This document shows, in pieces, positions 9,657-18,228 of a stretch of DNA of 64,000 nt. The DNA is from Gemmatimonadota bacterium. GTDB taxonomy: Bacteria; Gemmatimonadota; Gemmatimonadetes; Palauibacterales; Palauibacteraceae. The DNA lies in contig OZ242312.1 in the NCBI GenBank assembly GCA_965207805.1, positions 684,748 through 748,747 on the forward strand, written 5' to 3'. Under the pieces are notes generated by a model that saw only the letters and a program-made list of their open reading frames with translations, had not been told where the DNA came from and did no database searches. How positions within the stretch are numbered: position 1 is the first letter of the stretch; every line of letters starts with the position of its first letter. Position numbers and translations under genes: made by a program.

Positions 9657-10780
9657 ACACCAAGGCTGGGGACGACCTGTTGAACGTGGTCATCGTCGGC
9701 GCGGGTGCCGCCGGCGTGGGCGTCTCGGTCGCACTCGCGCACGCGGGGATCGAGGACTTCGTCGTGCTCGAACGCCACTCGGTGGGCGCCTCGTTCGCCC
9801 AGTGGCCGGCCGAGACTCGCTTCATCACACCTTCGTTCCCAACGAATTCGGTCGGCATGCTCGACCTGAATTCCGTCGTGATCGGGACCTCGGCCGCCTG
9901 GTCCCTGGAGGTCGAGCACCCCACGGGGAGGCAGTATGCGGCCTTCCTCAAGGCGATCGCCGACCACTTCGAGTTGCCGATCCAGGAGGGCGTCGACGTG
10001 CTTCGGATCGACCGGAGCGGCGAAGAGTTCGTGGTCGAAACGACAGCGGGACCTGTGCGTGCCCGGCACGTCATCTGGGCTGCAGGCGACTTCCAGTACC
10101 CGCGCTTGAACAGCTTCGAGGGCAGCGAGCTGTGCCTGCACACGGCGCTGCTCCCCAGCTACGCCGAGTTGGATGGGGACGATTTCATCGTCGTCGGCGG
10201 CTACGAAAGCGGCGTCGACGTCGCCAGCCACCTGGCCGAGCGAGGCAAGCGGGTGCGCCTCTTCGACCGGGGGAGTCCCTGGGCGTCCGAGAGCTCCGAT
10301 CCCAGCGTCGCGCTTTCCATCTTCTCGCTCCAGCGGACACGACGCCCTTCGTACGCGGAGCACGTGGAGCTCTTTCCCGACACCGCGGTCACCGCCGTGG
10401 CTACGGCCGATGCCGGATTCGAGGTCGCCACGGATGACGGGCAACTCTTTCGCACGCCCGTGCCGCCCCTCCTCGCGGGTGGGTTCGCGGGAAGCCATCC
10501 GCTCGTGATGGACCTCTTCGAGTCACGGGAAGACGGATTCCCGCTCCTCAACGAGCACGACGGATCGACGATCGTCCCCGGGATCTACCTGTGCGGCGCG
10601 GCCGTGCGGCACGACAGCCACATCTTCTGCTTCATCTTCAAGTACCGGCAACGGTTTGCGGTCGTCGCCAAGGCGATCGCGACCTCGCTGGGCCTGCCCG
10701 CCGAGGGGCTCGAAATGTACAGAATGTGGGGCATGTACCTGGACGATCTCTCCTGCTGCGGACAGGAGTGCGTATGCTGA
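9653..10780 (+). CDS. FAD/NAD(P)-binding oxidoreductase (pyridine nucleotide-disulfide / flavin monooxygenase-like)
   Basis: N-terminal Rossmann motif [18 protein letters not shown] and a second dinucleotide-binding motif [12 protein letters not shown]. Its start overlaps the COG0523 stop (ATGA), indicating an operon. Confidence 0.7.
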   Translation: MNTKAGDDLLNVVIVGAGAAGVGVSVALAHAGIEDFVVLERHSVGASFAQWPAETRFITPSFPTNSVGMLDLNSVVIGTSAAWSLEVEHPTGRQYAAFLKAIADHFELPIQEGVDVLRIDRSGEEFVVETTAGPVRARHVIWAAGDFQYPRLNSFEGSELCLHTALLPSYAELDGDDFIVVGGYESGVDVASHLAERGKRVRLFDRGSPWASESSDPSVALSIFSLQRTRRPSYAEHVELFPDTAVTAVATADAGFEVATDDGQLFRTPVPPLLAGGFAGSHPLVMDLFESREDGFPLLNEHDGSTIVPGIYLCGAAVRHDSHIFCFIFKYRQRFAVVAKAIATSLGLPAEGLEMYRMWGMYLDDLSCCGQECVC

Positions 10781-11109
10781 CCGACCGAGCCGAAGCCCCG
10801 GCGCCCGTGACTCCGAAGCTGACTCCAGAGCCGACTCCGCAGCTGACTCCAGAGCCGACTCCGCAGCTGACCCCAGCGCCGACTCCGCAGCTGACCGCAG
10901 CGCCGACTCCGCAGCGCAGGCGACTGCCGCCGGTCCTGCGTCGGGCGATGCGTATCGAGTGGGCCGGCCAAACGGCCGCCAGCCTGTGCTGGATCGCCAG
11001 CGTGTTCGCGTACGGGATCACCTCCCGCGGCGACTGGCTGCAGCTCTGCGCCGCGTCCGCCTGGCTACTCGCCAACACCGTCGCGCTCGCGAAGGCCAAG
11101 GGCGACTGA
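10777..11109 (+). CDS. small protein with four LTPEPTPQ/LTPAPTPQ-like Pro/Thr-rich tandem repeats and a C-terminal hydrophobic helix
   Basis: ATG at 10777 overlaps the upstream stop (ATGCTGA). Repeats are encoded by 24-bp tandem DNA repeats. C-terminal hydrophobic segment WIASVFAYGI...LLANTVALA. Confidence 0.45.
   Translation: MTDRAEAPAPVTPKLTPEPTPQLTPEPTPQLTPAPTPQLTAAPTPQRRRLPPVLRRAMRIEWAGQTAASLCWIASVFAYGITSRGDWLQLCAASAWLLANTVALAKAKGD
10801..10920 (+). repeat. ~4.5 copies of a 24-bp tandem repeat (CTGACTCCAGAGCCGACTCCGCAG and variants)
   Basis: Direct reading of the sequence. The repeat encodes the TPEPTPQL units of the small protein. Confidence 0.7.
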
Positions 11110-11172
11110 GCCCCCCGCAACGGTCTGGTTTCGTTCGCCCACAACCCCTACTTCTCCTGGCGGAGGTGCGCG

Positions 11173-11604
11173 ATGGACGGAACCAGACAGACGCCGGGGC
11201 ACGTGGAGCGGCACGAGGGGATCATTACGGTGCGGGGTGGGGGGCGGCACCGGGCGTGGAACGGGATCGAGTACAAGACGGGGATGTGGGCGGAGAACGT
11301 CGGCTCGGGCGCGCTCTCCATGAACGTGGCGATGATCCCGCCGGGCGGCGTCGCGAAGGCGCACATCCATGTGGACTTCGAGGTGATGCTCTACATCCTC
11401 CAGGGACGGGTTCGGCACGAGTTCGGGCCGCGGCTGGAGAAGACGCTCGACAACGAAGCGGGCGACTTCATCTTCATCGAACCCGGCGTGCCCCACGAGG
11501 TGTTCAACCTCAGCGATACCGAGCCGGTCGTCGCCGTGGTCGCGCGCTCGGACGCGCGGGAGTGGGAGAACATCGTCGACTTCGAGCGCCCCGCGCGGGA
11601 TTAG
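11173..11604 (+). CDS. cupin-domain protein
   Basis: Cupin motifs (G..AKAHIHVDFEVMLYILQG... and GDFIFIEPGVPHEVFN); 143 aa. Confidence 0.7.
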   Translation: MDGTRQTPGHVERHEGIITVRGGGRHRAWNGIEYKTGMWAENVGSGALSMNVAMIPPGGVAKAHIHVDFEVMLYILQGRVRHEFGPRLEKTLDNEAGDFIFIEPGVPHEVFNLSDTEPVVAVVARSDAREWENIVDFERPARD

Positions 11605-11644
11605 GCCACGCCTCCCGGAGCAGGCTCGGACCTCGGGCGGCCGC

Positions 11645-13593
11645 TCAGAATCCGAGCGACGCGGTCTCCCGCCTCACGTCCCCCGCGGCGGTCATCACCC
11701 CGGTTTCCGGGTCGCGCCAGGTCACCGTCGGAGCGCCGGCACGCCAGTTCCACAGGCCCCAGGAGCGCACATCGTGGCCCATGGCGCGCAACGCCTCGGC
11801 CGTCTCCGCCGGGATCCGGTCCTCCATGTAGAGGACGGCGGGATTCCGGTTCACTTCGCTCCCGGTGGCCGGGAAGTTGTAGCTGCCGAAACGGGGCTGG
11901 TCCAACGCCTGCTCGGGGGACATGCCCCACACCACGACGTTCAGAAAGACCTGCAGGAGGCACTGCATCTGCTGATCGCCGCCCGGAGTCGAGAGGCCCA
12001 TGAACGGCTCGCCATCCTTCACCACCAGGAGGGGCGAGTTCGTGTTCCGCGGGCGCTTGCCGGGCGCCATCACGTTGGCCAGATCGGGGTCCAGGTTGAA
12101 CTGGCCCATGCGGTTGCCGAGTCCGAATCCCCACCCCGGGATCATGGGCGTTAAGGTGTGTCCGTCGCTCTCGGTGAGGGAAAACACGTTGCCCTCGCCG
12201 TCGATGACATTCAGGGAGGAGGTGTCGAAGGAGGGGGTTCCAGCGTCGGCATCGTCCGCCCTTCGAAGGTCCGGCGCGGCGCCAACGGGCCGACCTTCCG
12301 GCACCAGGAAGCTCACGGGCGCGCCGTCCGCAACCGCGGCCATCCGTTCCGGATCGCCCCACGGAGGCATGTCCTGAAACGCGCGACTCTCGTCGATGAG
12401 CCCGATGCGCTCGCGCGCGTACGCCTTCCCGTACAATCCCTCCGGAGCGGGCGCGAAATCCGGATCCCCGACGTACTTGTGGGCGTCCGCCATCGCGAGG
12501 TCGATCACCTGTGAGACGAGGTGGATGTACTCCGGCGTGTTGTAGCCGAGGGCACGCAGATCGTAGTTCTCCAGCATGTTGAGCATCAGGATGATACGCG
12601 GCCCCTGGCTCCACCCGTCACCGGCGTAGACGTCGTAGCCGTTGAAGTCGGTTCCGAGGGGCTCCTCCCAACGACTCTCGTAGCCCGCCATGTCCTCGTA
12701 ACGGACGATGCCGTCATGCTCCCGGAAGAAACGGTCCACGTCGCGCGCCGGGTCGCCCCGGTAGAACGCGTCCCGAGCGGCGCGGATCCCTTCGGAACGG
12801 CTTCCTCCCGCCGCCAGCGCCTGCCGCTCGGCCTCCATCATGTAGCGGATGAGCCGCCCCAGGTCGGCGTTCACCATGAGATCGCCCAGACGCTGCTCGC
12901 CGACCCCGTTGGGGAACCAGAAGTCGCGATTGTAGGGGAAGGCGAGGATCCCTTCCGTCTGATCCCCGATCATCCATTTCTGCATCTTGTAGAGGTGATA
13001 GCCCTCCTCAACGATGCGCAGCGTTGGCTGCGCGGCCTCGCCGAAGCTGACGGTGCCGAAGCGGTCGAGAGCGGCGAGCCACACATCCACGTCGGCCGGA
13101 ATCAGCGCGTTGTTAATGGGCGACTTGCCGTGTTCGAGGAAGTAATCGAGGGTGGCCAGCGCGGGTGAGGTCCCGGCGCCGACCCGAGTGATCACGCGAT
13201 CCTCGGCCGCGCTGTAGAGGATGAGCGGCGCAACTCCGGTCCATCCCGCGTAGTCCATCTTGAGCGCCTTGAGCGCCATCCCCGCGGTCACTCCGGCGTC
13301 GAAGGCGTTGCCTCCGGCCTTGAGCACGTCGTACCCGGCCTGCGTGGCCAGATAGTGCCCGGACGAGATGACTCCGTGCGTGCCCATCACGCGCGGCCGC
13401 ATGGCCTCGACGTTGTCGGCGCCGTGGACGGGGCCGTGACTCCGGAACGGGGCGATGGTGGCGAAGACGCCTTCCTCGGCGGCGGCGGATTCCGCGGGAG
13501 CGTCAATCCGCGGACCGCACGAGGCGGCGAGTGCCAGAGCCGCGACCGCGACCATACATGCCAGGGGCTTCATCGCTTGATCCTCCTGTATCC
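11645..13593 (-). CDS. ggt: gamma-glutamyltranspeptidase, with lipoprotein/Sec signal
   Basis: GGT family motifs including the autoprocessing region (TSSLNVIDGEGN, with the catalytic Thr context ...T-PM) and the GGD motif STPGGDQ. Start ATG at 13593 preceded by AGGAGGA. Signal MKPLACMVAVAALALAASC. Confidence 0.85.
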
Positions 13594-13747
13594 GCCCGGG
13601 ATGGGGGACCCGGACAACTTCCGTCGCTCCCACAACCCTGAAGCTACTTCCGGGGATCGTCCCGGCAACGACGCGACAGAGCGTTCCCGCGGGAACGTTT
13701 CGACGCGCTCTCTGGCCGATATGAGTGCCTGGCGACAGTCTTATTGC

Positions 13748-15022
13748 GTGAAACGTCGAACGCTGATCAAGACCGTGGGGACCGCAGCGCTGGGCTCGAG
13801 CCTCGGCGCGTGTTCCCCCGCGTGGCGTCGCTCTTCGCCGGGCCCCACCGCCCCGAGCCTCCCGCTCATCCGCGTCGCGCCGGATCGCGTCATCCGAACC
13901 ACCGTGGGTCTCAGACCGTTCAGGCCCGCCGGTTTCCGCGTGGCCGCGGAACGGTTGGACGAGAAGACGGTCATCCACAACTACGGCCATGGCGGCGCGG
14001 GGGTCTCCCTTTCGTGGGGAACGGGACTGCTCGTGTCCGAACTGGCGGAACCTCATCCCTCGCGGCAAGCCGCCGTCATCGGAGCCGGCGCCGTCGGCCT
14101 CGCCACCGCGCGGCAGCTCCAGCGCCGCGGGTTCGACGTGACCATCCACGCGCGCGCCCTCCCGCCCGATACGACCTCGAACATGGCCTACGCGGGGTTC
14201 TCGCCGCTCTCCAACCTCGTGTCGGCACCGGAACGGACTCCGGCCTTCGACTCCCAGTTCGACCGGGCCGTCCGCGCCTCCTACGAGCAGATGCAACTGT
14301 TCGCCGGAGCCGGACGCGGCGTGTCGTGGATGACGACGTATACCTGGACGAACCGCCTCTCGAATCGGCGGGCGGAAGATTCCGGACTCGACGAGACCGA
14401 GAGCGGCCTCGATCCGGACGTCGACGTGGGCGCCACCGTGCTGCAGCCGGGGGAACACCCCTTTCCCGGCACCTACGCCCTCCGCAGGCCGACGCTCCGC
14501 ATCGAGCCGTCGATCTATCTCGACCAGTTGATGGAGGAGTTCCTCCTCTTCGGCGGACGCGTGCGGATCCGAAACTTCGCGTCACGCCGCGATCTCATGT
14601 CGCTCGACGAACCGCTCATCGCCAACTGCACCGGTCTCGGCTCCCGCGCCCTGTTCGGCGACGAGACGATGACCCCCATCAAGGGGCAACTCACCTTCCT
14701 CGCCCCTCAGCCCGGGATCGACTACAGCCTCGAAGGCAGCGCGCCGGGCGGCGGCCGCATCGGGCTCCTTCCGCGTTCGGACGGGATCGCGCTCGGGCAC
14801 GTGATGGAGCGCGGCGACTGGAGCCTGGAGCCGATCGAGGAGGAGATCGCGACCCGGCTCGACCGGGCGGGCCGGCTCGTGGCGGCAATGGCGAACCACC
14901 CCTCCGGGCTTGGCAGGATCGCCGCGGCCCCGCGGTCACCCGCGCTGCGTGACGCGCTCGAAGACGATCCCGTTCCGGCGACCCCGCCCCCGGTCGAGAG
15001 CTTCTTCGACATCGAGTCCTAG
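13748..15022 (+). CDS. D-amino-acid-oxidase-like FAD-dependent oxidoreductase with a twin-arginine (Tat) signal
   Basis: DAAO signature HNYGHGGAGVSLSWG and FAD-binding motif VIGAGAVGLATA. N-terminal KRRTLIKTVGTAALGSSLGA is Tat-like. Start could be GTG 13748 or ATG 13721. Confidence 0.7.
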   Translation: MKRRTLIKTVGTAALGSSLGACSPAWRRSSPGPTAPSLPLIRVAPDRVIRTTVGLRPFRPAGFRVAAERLDEKTVIHNYGHGGAGVSLSWGTGLLVSELAEPHPSRQAAVIGAGAVGLATARQLQRRGFDVTIHARALPPDTTSNMAYAGFSPLSNLVSAPERTPAFDSQFDRAVRASYEQMQLFAGAGRGVSWMTTYTWTNRLSNRRAEDSGLDETESGLDPDVDVGATVLQPGEHPFPGTYALRRPTLRIEPSIYLDQLMEEFLLFGGRVRIRNFASRRDLMSLDEPLIANCTGLGSRALFGDETMTPIKGQLTFLAPQPGIDYSLEGSAPGGGRIGLLPRSDGIALGHVMERGDWSLEPIEEEIATRLDRAGRLVAAMANHPSGLGRIAAAPRSPALRDALEDDPVPATPPPVESFFDIES

Positions 15023-15043
15023 CTGCCCGTCGAAAACCCCGCG

Positions 15044-15727
15044 TCAGTCGCCGAACCGGTCCGCCAGCCGTTCCCGAAGCCTGCGCGCGACCGCATCGAG
15101 CACGGCGGCGTCTTCATCCGCGACACCCCGGACCGAGAGCGCGACGCCGGGTGCAATCTCGATCCGCGCCCATCTTTCCACCTCGCCCAGGGGATCGGCG
15201 CCGCAGTCCGCCACCCCCCGGAGCGCGACCAGCAACGCAGCCAGTTCTGAATCATGGGCGGGAGGCGCCGCCGCTTCACGAGGCCAGTCCGGTTCCTGCT
15301 CCCGCACCATCAGCCTGTCTTCGAGCGCGGCATGCCGCGCCCGTGGGGCGGCGAAGGCGACCGGCGCCTCGGCCCGTTCCGCCACGTCCTGCGTTCGTAG
15401 CGGAGACTCCGTTCGGGCGGACCGGGCGGAGAGCAGATCGGCGGTCACGGCGATCCGTCCGTCGGCGACGCCCGTGATCAGCTCCGGCGACGATCCCTCG
15501 AACACGGCGCCGATCTCGCGGAGCGCGGTCGCGGGCACCCTCCCCGCCCCCTCCGCCTCGCGGACCCGTCGAATGAAGAGAAGTCGGTCCCGCACGAGCT
15601 TCGGATAACGGGTCTTCGGACCCCGCCGGCCGACGCGCGGAAGCAGTCCGACCTGCACGTAGTAGGCGATCGTGCGGCGGCTGAACCCCGTCTCCTCTTC
15701 CAACTCCCGGGCCGTGTAGCTGCGCAT
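15044..15727 (-). CDS. MerR-family transcriptional regulator
   Basis: N-terminal MerR HTH YTARELEEETGFSRRTIAYYVQVGLL; 227 aa. Confidence 0.8.
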   Translation of the reverse strand: MRSYTARELEEETGFSRRTIAYYVQVGLLPRVGRRGPKTRYPKLVRDRLLFIRRVREAEGAGRVPATALREIGAVFEGSSPELITGVADGRIAVTADLLSARSARTESPLRTQDVAERAEAPVAFAAPRARHAALEDRLMVREQEPDWPREAAAPPAHDSELAALLVALRGVADCGADPLGEVERWARIEIAPGVALSVRGVADEDAAVLDAVARRLRERLADRFGD

Positions 15728-15856
15728 GCCGTTTCCGCCGTTTCCAATGCGTAAGTGACAAATGCTGTCGTTTACCGATGATAACCGTTGACTTATCTGA
15801 ACCTCTCCGCTACTGTCAACAGCGTATCAACACTGACAATATCAAGGAGGGGAGAG
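15728..15856. promoter_or_regulatory. divergent promoter/operator region between the MerR gene and the downstream unknown gene
   Basis: Locally AT-rich for this genome. Contains TTGACT and TTGACA (minus strand) -35-like hexamers with ~18-19 nt spacers and TTGAC/GTCAA inverted repeats (TTGACttatctgaacctctccgctacTGTCAA ... TGACAA). Strong RBS AAGGAGG at 15845-15851. Confidence 0.3.
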
Positions 15857-16864
15857 ATGAACCAGATCACGACCGCCATCGCCGACCTCGAGATCGGCGA
15901 ACCGACCTTCTGCGGCGGCCTCACGGTGTTCCCCCTGCTTTCGCGGGAGACCTCGGATCTCGATTACGTGCTGCTGGGAGACGGGCTTCGCGAGGACCGC
16001 GTCACCGTGCGCGAGGTGTCCATGGGGGGCAGCGTCCCCGACCTCGAGGTTGAGAACCGGGCCGGCCGTCCCGTGCTCATCGTGGATGGCGAGGAGCTCG
16101 TTGGCGCCAAGCAGAACCGGGTCGCCAACCTCACGCTGCTGCTCCCCGCCGGGAAGACGACGATCATCCCGGTCTCCTGCGTAGAGCAGGGCCGCTGGTC
16201 GTACGACAGCCCGGGGTTCCAGGTGACGGACCGGATGCACTTCGCGAGCGGTCGCGCGGAGCGATACGCGAGTGTGCAGGAGTCGATGCGCAGCGAGGGG
16301 ACCCGGCGCTCCGATCAGAGCCGGGTGTGGAGTTCGATCGACGACAAGGCCGTGGCGATGGACGCCCCATCGGAGACCGGGGCCATGAGCGAGATCTTCG
16401 AGCGGCACGCGGCGGCTCTGGACGACTACGTACGGGAAGTGGAGGCCGCTCCGGATCAGCTCGGCGCCATCTTCGCGGTGGCGGGCGGCAACTACGGACT
16501 GGACCTCTTCGACCGTCACGCCACCCTCGCGGCGTTCCTCCCCAGGCTGGTGCGGAGCTACGGCGTCGACGCGCTGGAACGGCGCTCGGAGGGGGACACG
16601 GTGGCGCCGGCCTCCGCAGCGCGGAAGTTCCTCGACCGCTTGCGAGCGGGATCGTTCGATGACCACCCCGCAGTTGGCCTCGGGCGCGATGTGGGGATCG
16701 TCGCCGAACGCGCCATCGGAGGCGCGCTCATCGTGGACGAAACCACCGTGCACCTGACGGGGTTCTCCAACCCCCGGGCCGGCCGCGGCGAACGCGCCGG
16801 AGAGCAGGTGTATGCGAATTACCACCAGCGGCGCGACACCCTCCGCCGGCGGCACGCGAGCTAG
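15857..16864 (+). CDS. uncharacterised conserved protein (no confident family assignment)
   Basis: ATG at 15857, 6 nt after AAGGAGG. 335 aa. No motif recognised. Adjacent to an MFS pump and divergent from MerR. Confidence 0.55.
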   Translation: MNQITTAIADLEIGEPTFCGGLTVFPLLSRETSDLDYVLLGDGLREDRVTVREVSMGGSVPDLEVENRAGRPVLIVDGEELVGAKQNRVANLTLLLPAGKTTIIPVSCVEQGRWSYDSPGFQVTDRMHFASGRAERYASVQESMRSEGTRRSDQSRVWSSIDDKAVAMDAPSETGAMSEIFERHAAALDDYVREVEAAPDQLGAIFAVAGGNYGLDLFDRHATLAAFLPRLVRSYGVDALERRSEGDTVAPASAARKFLDRLRAGSFDDHPAVGLGRDVGIVAERAIGGALIVDETTVHLTGFSNPRAGRGERAGEQVYANYHQRRDTLRRRHAS

Positions 16865-16959
16865 TAGTTTCATGCGACCCGCCAGCGCGTTGGCGGCGTT
16901 CCGGCTAACGATCGCGTGGAGGACGGGTGAAAGCTCCCGGGCGGGGCCGCGAGGCGGCG

Positions 16960-18156
16960 ATGGTCTTCATCTTCATCACCGTCTTCATCGACGTGCTGGG
17001 GATCGGGATCATCGTCCCCATCCTCCCCGAACTCATCAAGGAGTTCACTGGGGGGAGCACGGCGCGCGCGGGGCGCTGGTTCGGGGTGCTCGCGGCGACC
17101 TACGCCGTCACCCAGTTCTTCTTCGCGCCCATCCTGGGGTCGCTCTCGGACCGGGTCGGGCGCCGGCCCGTCATCCTGATCTCGCTCTTCGGCCTCGGGA
17201 TCGACTACATCATCATGGGGCTCGCGCCCTCCATCGGCTGGCTGTTCGCGGGGCGGCTCATCGCAGGCGTGATGGGCGCGAGCATCACTACGGCCAACGC
17301 CTACATCGCCGACGTGTCCGAACCCGAGAAGCGGGCCCGGAACTTCGGACTCATCGGCGTCGCGTTCGGCCTCGGCTTCATCTTCGGCCCCGCCATCGGG
17401 GGCGTGTTGGGCGGCATCGATCTGCGGCTCCCCTTCTTCGCCGCGGCGGGACTCGCCCTCGTGAACGCGCTATACGGCGTTTTCGTCCTCCCGGAATCGC
17501 TGCCTCCGGAGAAGCGCGACGCCTTCAGCTGGCTGAAGGCCAACCCGATCGGGAGCCTCTTCGTCCTGCGCTCCTATCCCCTGGTGGCCGGGCTCGCGGT
17601 GTCCTTCGTGTTCATGATCCTCGCTCAGCGCGGGCTCGAGACCGTCTGGGTCCTCTACACGGGCCACAAGTTCGGGTGGGACGAACTCGCGAACGGCCTG
17701 TCGCTGGCGCTTGTCGGACTCATGGCGGCGATCGTCCAGGGAGGACTCGTTCAACCCATCATCAAACGCACCGGAGAGCGCCGCGCGATCCTCGGCGGGC
17801 TCGTGCTGGCCGTGATCACCTACCTGGGTTACGGCCTCGCCACGCAGGGGTGGATGCTCATCGCCTTCATCATCTTCGGCTCCATCGGCGGCGTGGCGGG
17901 CCCGGCGCTCCAGAGCCTCGTGGCGGGGGTCGTAGAGCCGCGGGACCAGGGGAAAGTCCAGGGCGGCCTCCAGTCGCTCATGAGCCTGACGAGCATCGCG
18001 AGCCCCCTGATCTTCACCAGCCTCCTGTTCAGCTACTTCACGTCTCCCGCCGCCCCGGTGGAGTTGCCGGGCGCGCCCTTCCTGCTCGGCGCCGTCATGT
18101 ACGCCACAGCCTTCGTGGTCGTGTTCCGGCTCTTCCGCCGCATCCCGGCCGCGTAA
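16960..18156 (+). CDS. MFS transporter, Tet/TCR-like drug:H+ antiporter family
   Basis: Twelve predicted TM segments. MFS motif A (GSLSDRVGRRPVILISLFG). Start chosen at ATG 16960, since the longer ORF adds an Arg-rich leader. Confidence 0.8.
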   Translation: MVFIFITVFIDVLGIGIIVPILPELIKEFTGGSTARAGRWFGVLAATYAVTQFFFAPILGSLSDRVGRRPVILISLFGLGIDYIIMGLAPSIGWLFAGRLIAGVMGASITTANAYIADVSEPEKRARNFGLIGVAFGLGFIFGPAIGGVLGGIDLRLPFFAAAGLALVNALYGVFVLPESLPPEKRDAFSWLKANPIGSLFVLRSYPLVAGLAVSFVFMILAQRGLETVWVLYTGHKFGWDELANGLSLALVGLMAAIVQGGLVQPIIKRTGERRAILGGLVLAVITYLGYGLATQGWMLIAFIIFGSIGGVAGPALQSLVAGVVEPRDQGKVQGGLQSLMSLTSIASPLIFTSLLFSYFTSPAAPVELPGAPFLLGAVMYATAFVVVFRLFRRIPAA

Positions 18157-18228
18157 CCGGTCGACAACCTCTTCGTACGCACACCCTCGGGTCGCCCCGC
18201 GCCGCGCAGGCTCGCGGGCGCGGCACCG

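Noticed and set aside
11601-14458. ORF 11601..12614(-) and the N-terminal 288 codons of ORF 11645..14458(-); ORFs 13744..14952(+), 14076..14585(-), 14691..15012(-)
   Set aside because: All overlap ggt or the DAAO-like gene in other frames. They are Arg/Pro/Gly-rich with no motifs. ggt starts at the internal Met (13593), which has a strong RBS and a signal peptide.
18157-18228. GC-rich imperfect inverted repeat (CCGCGCCGCG...GCGGGCGCGG) between the convergent MFS and prolyl oligopeptidase genes as a bidirectional terminator
   Set aside because: The stem has a mismatch and no flanking U/A tract. Plausible, but too weak to call.
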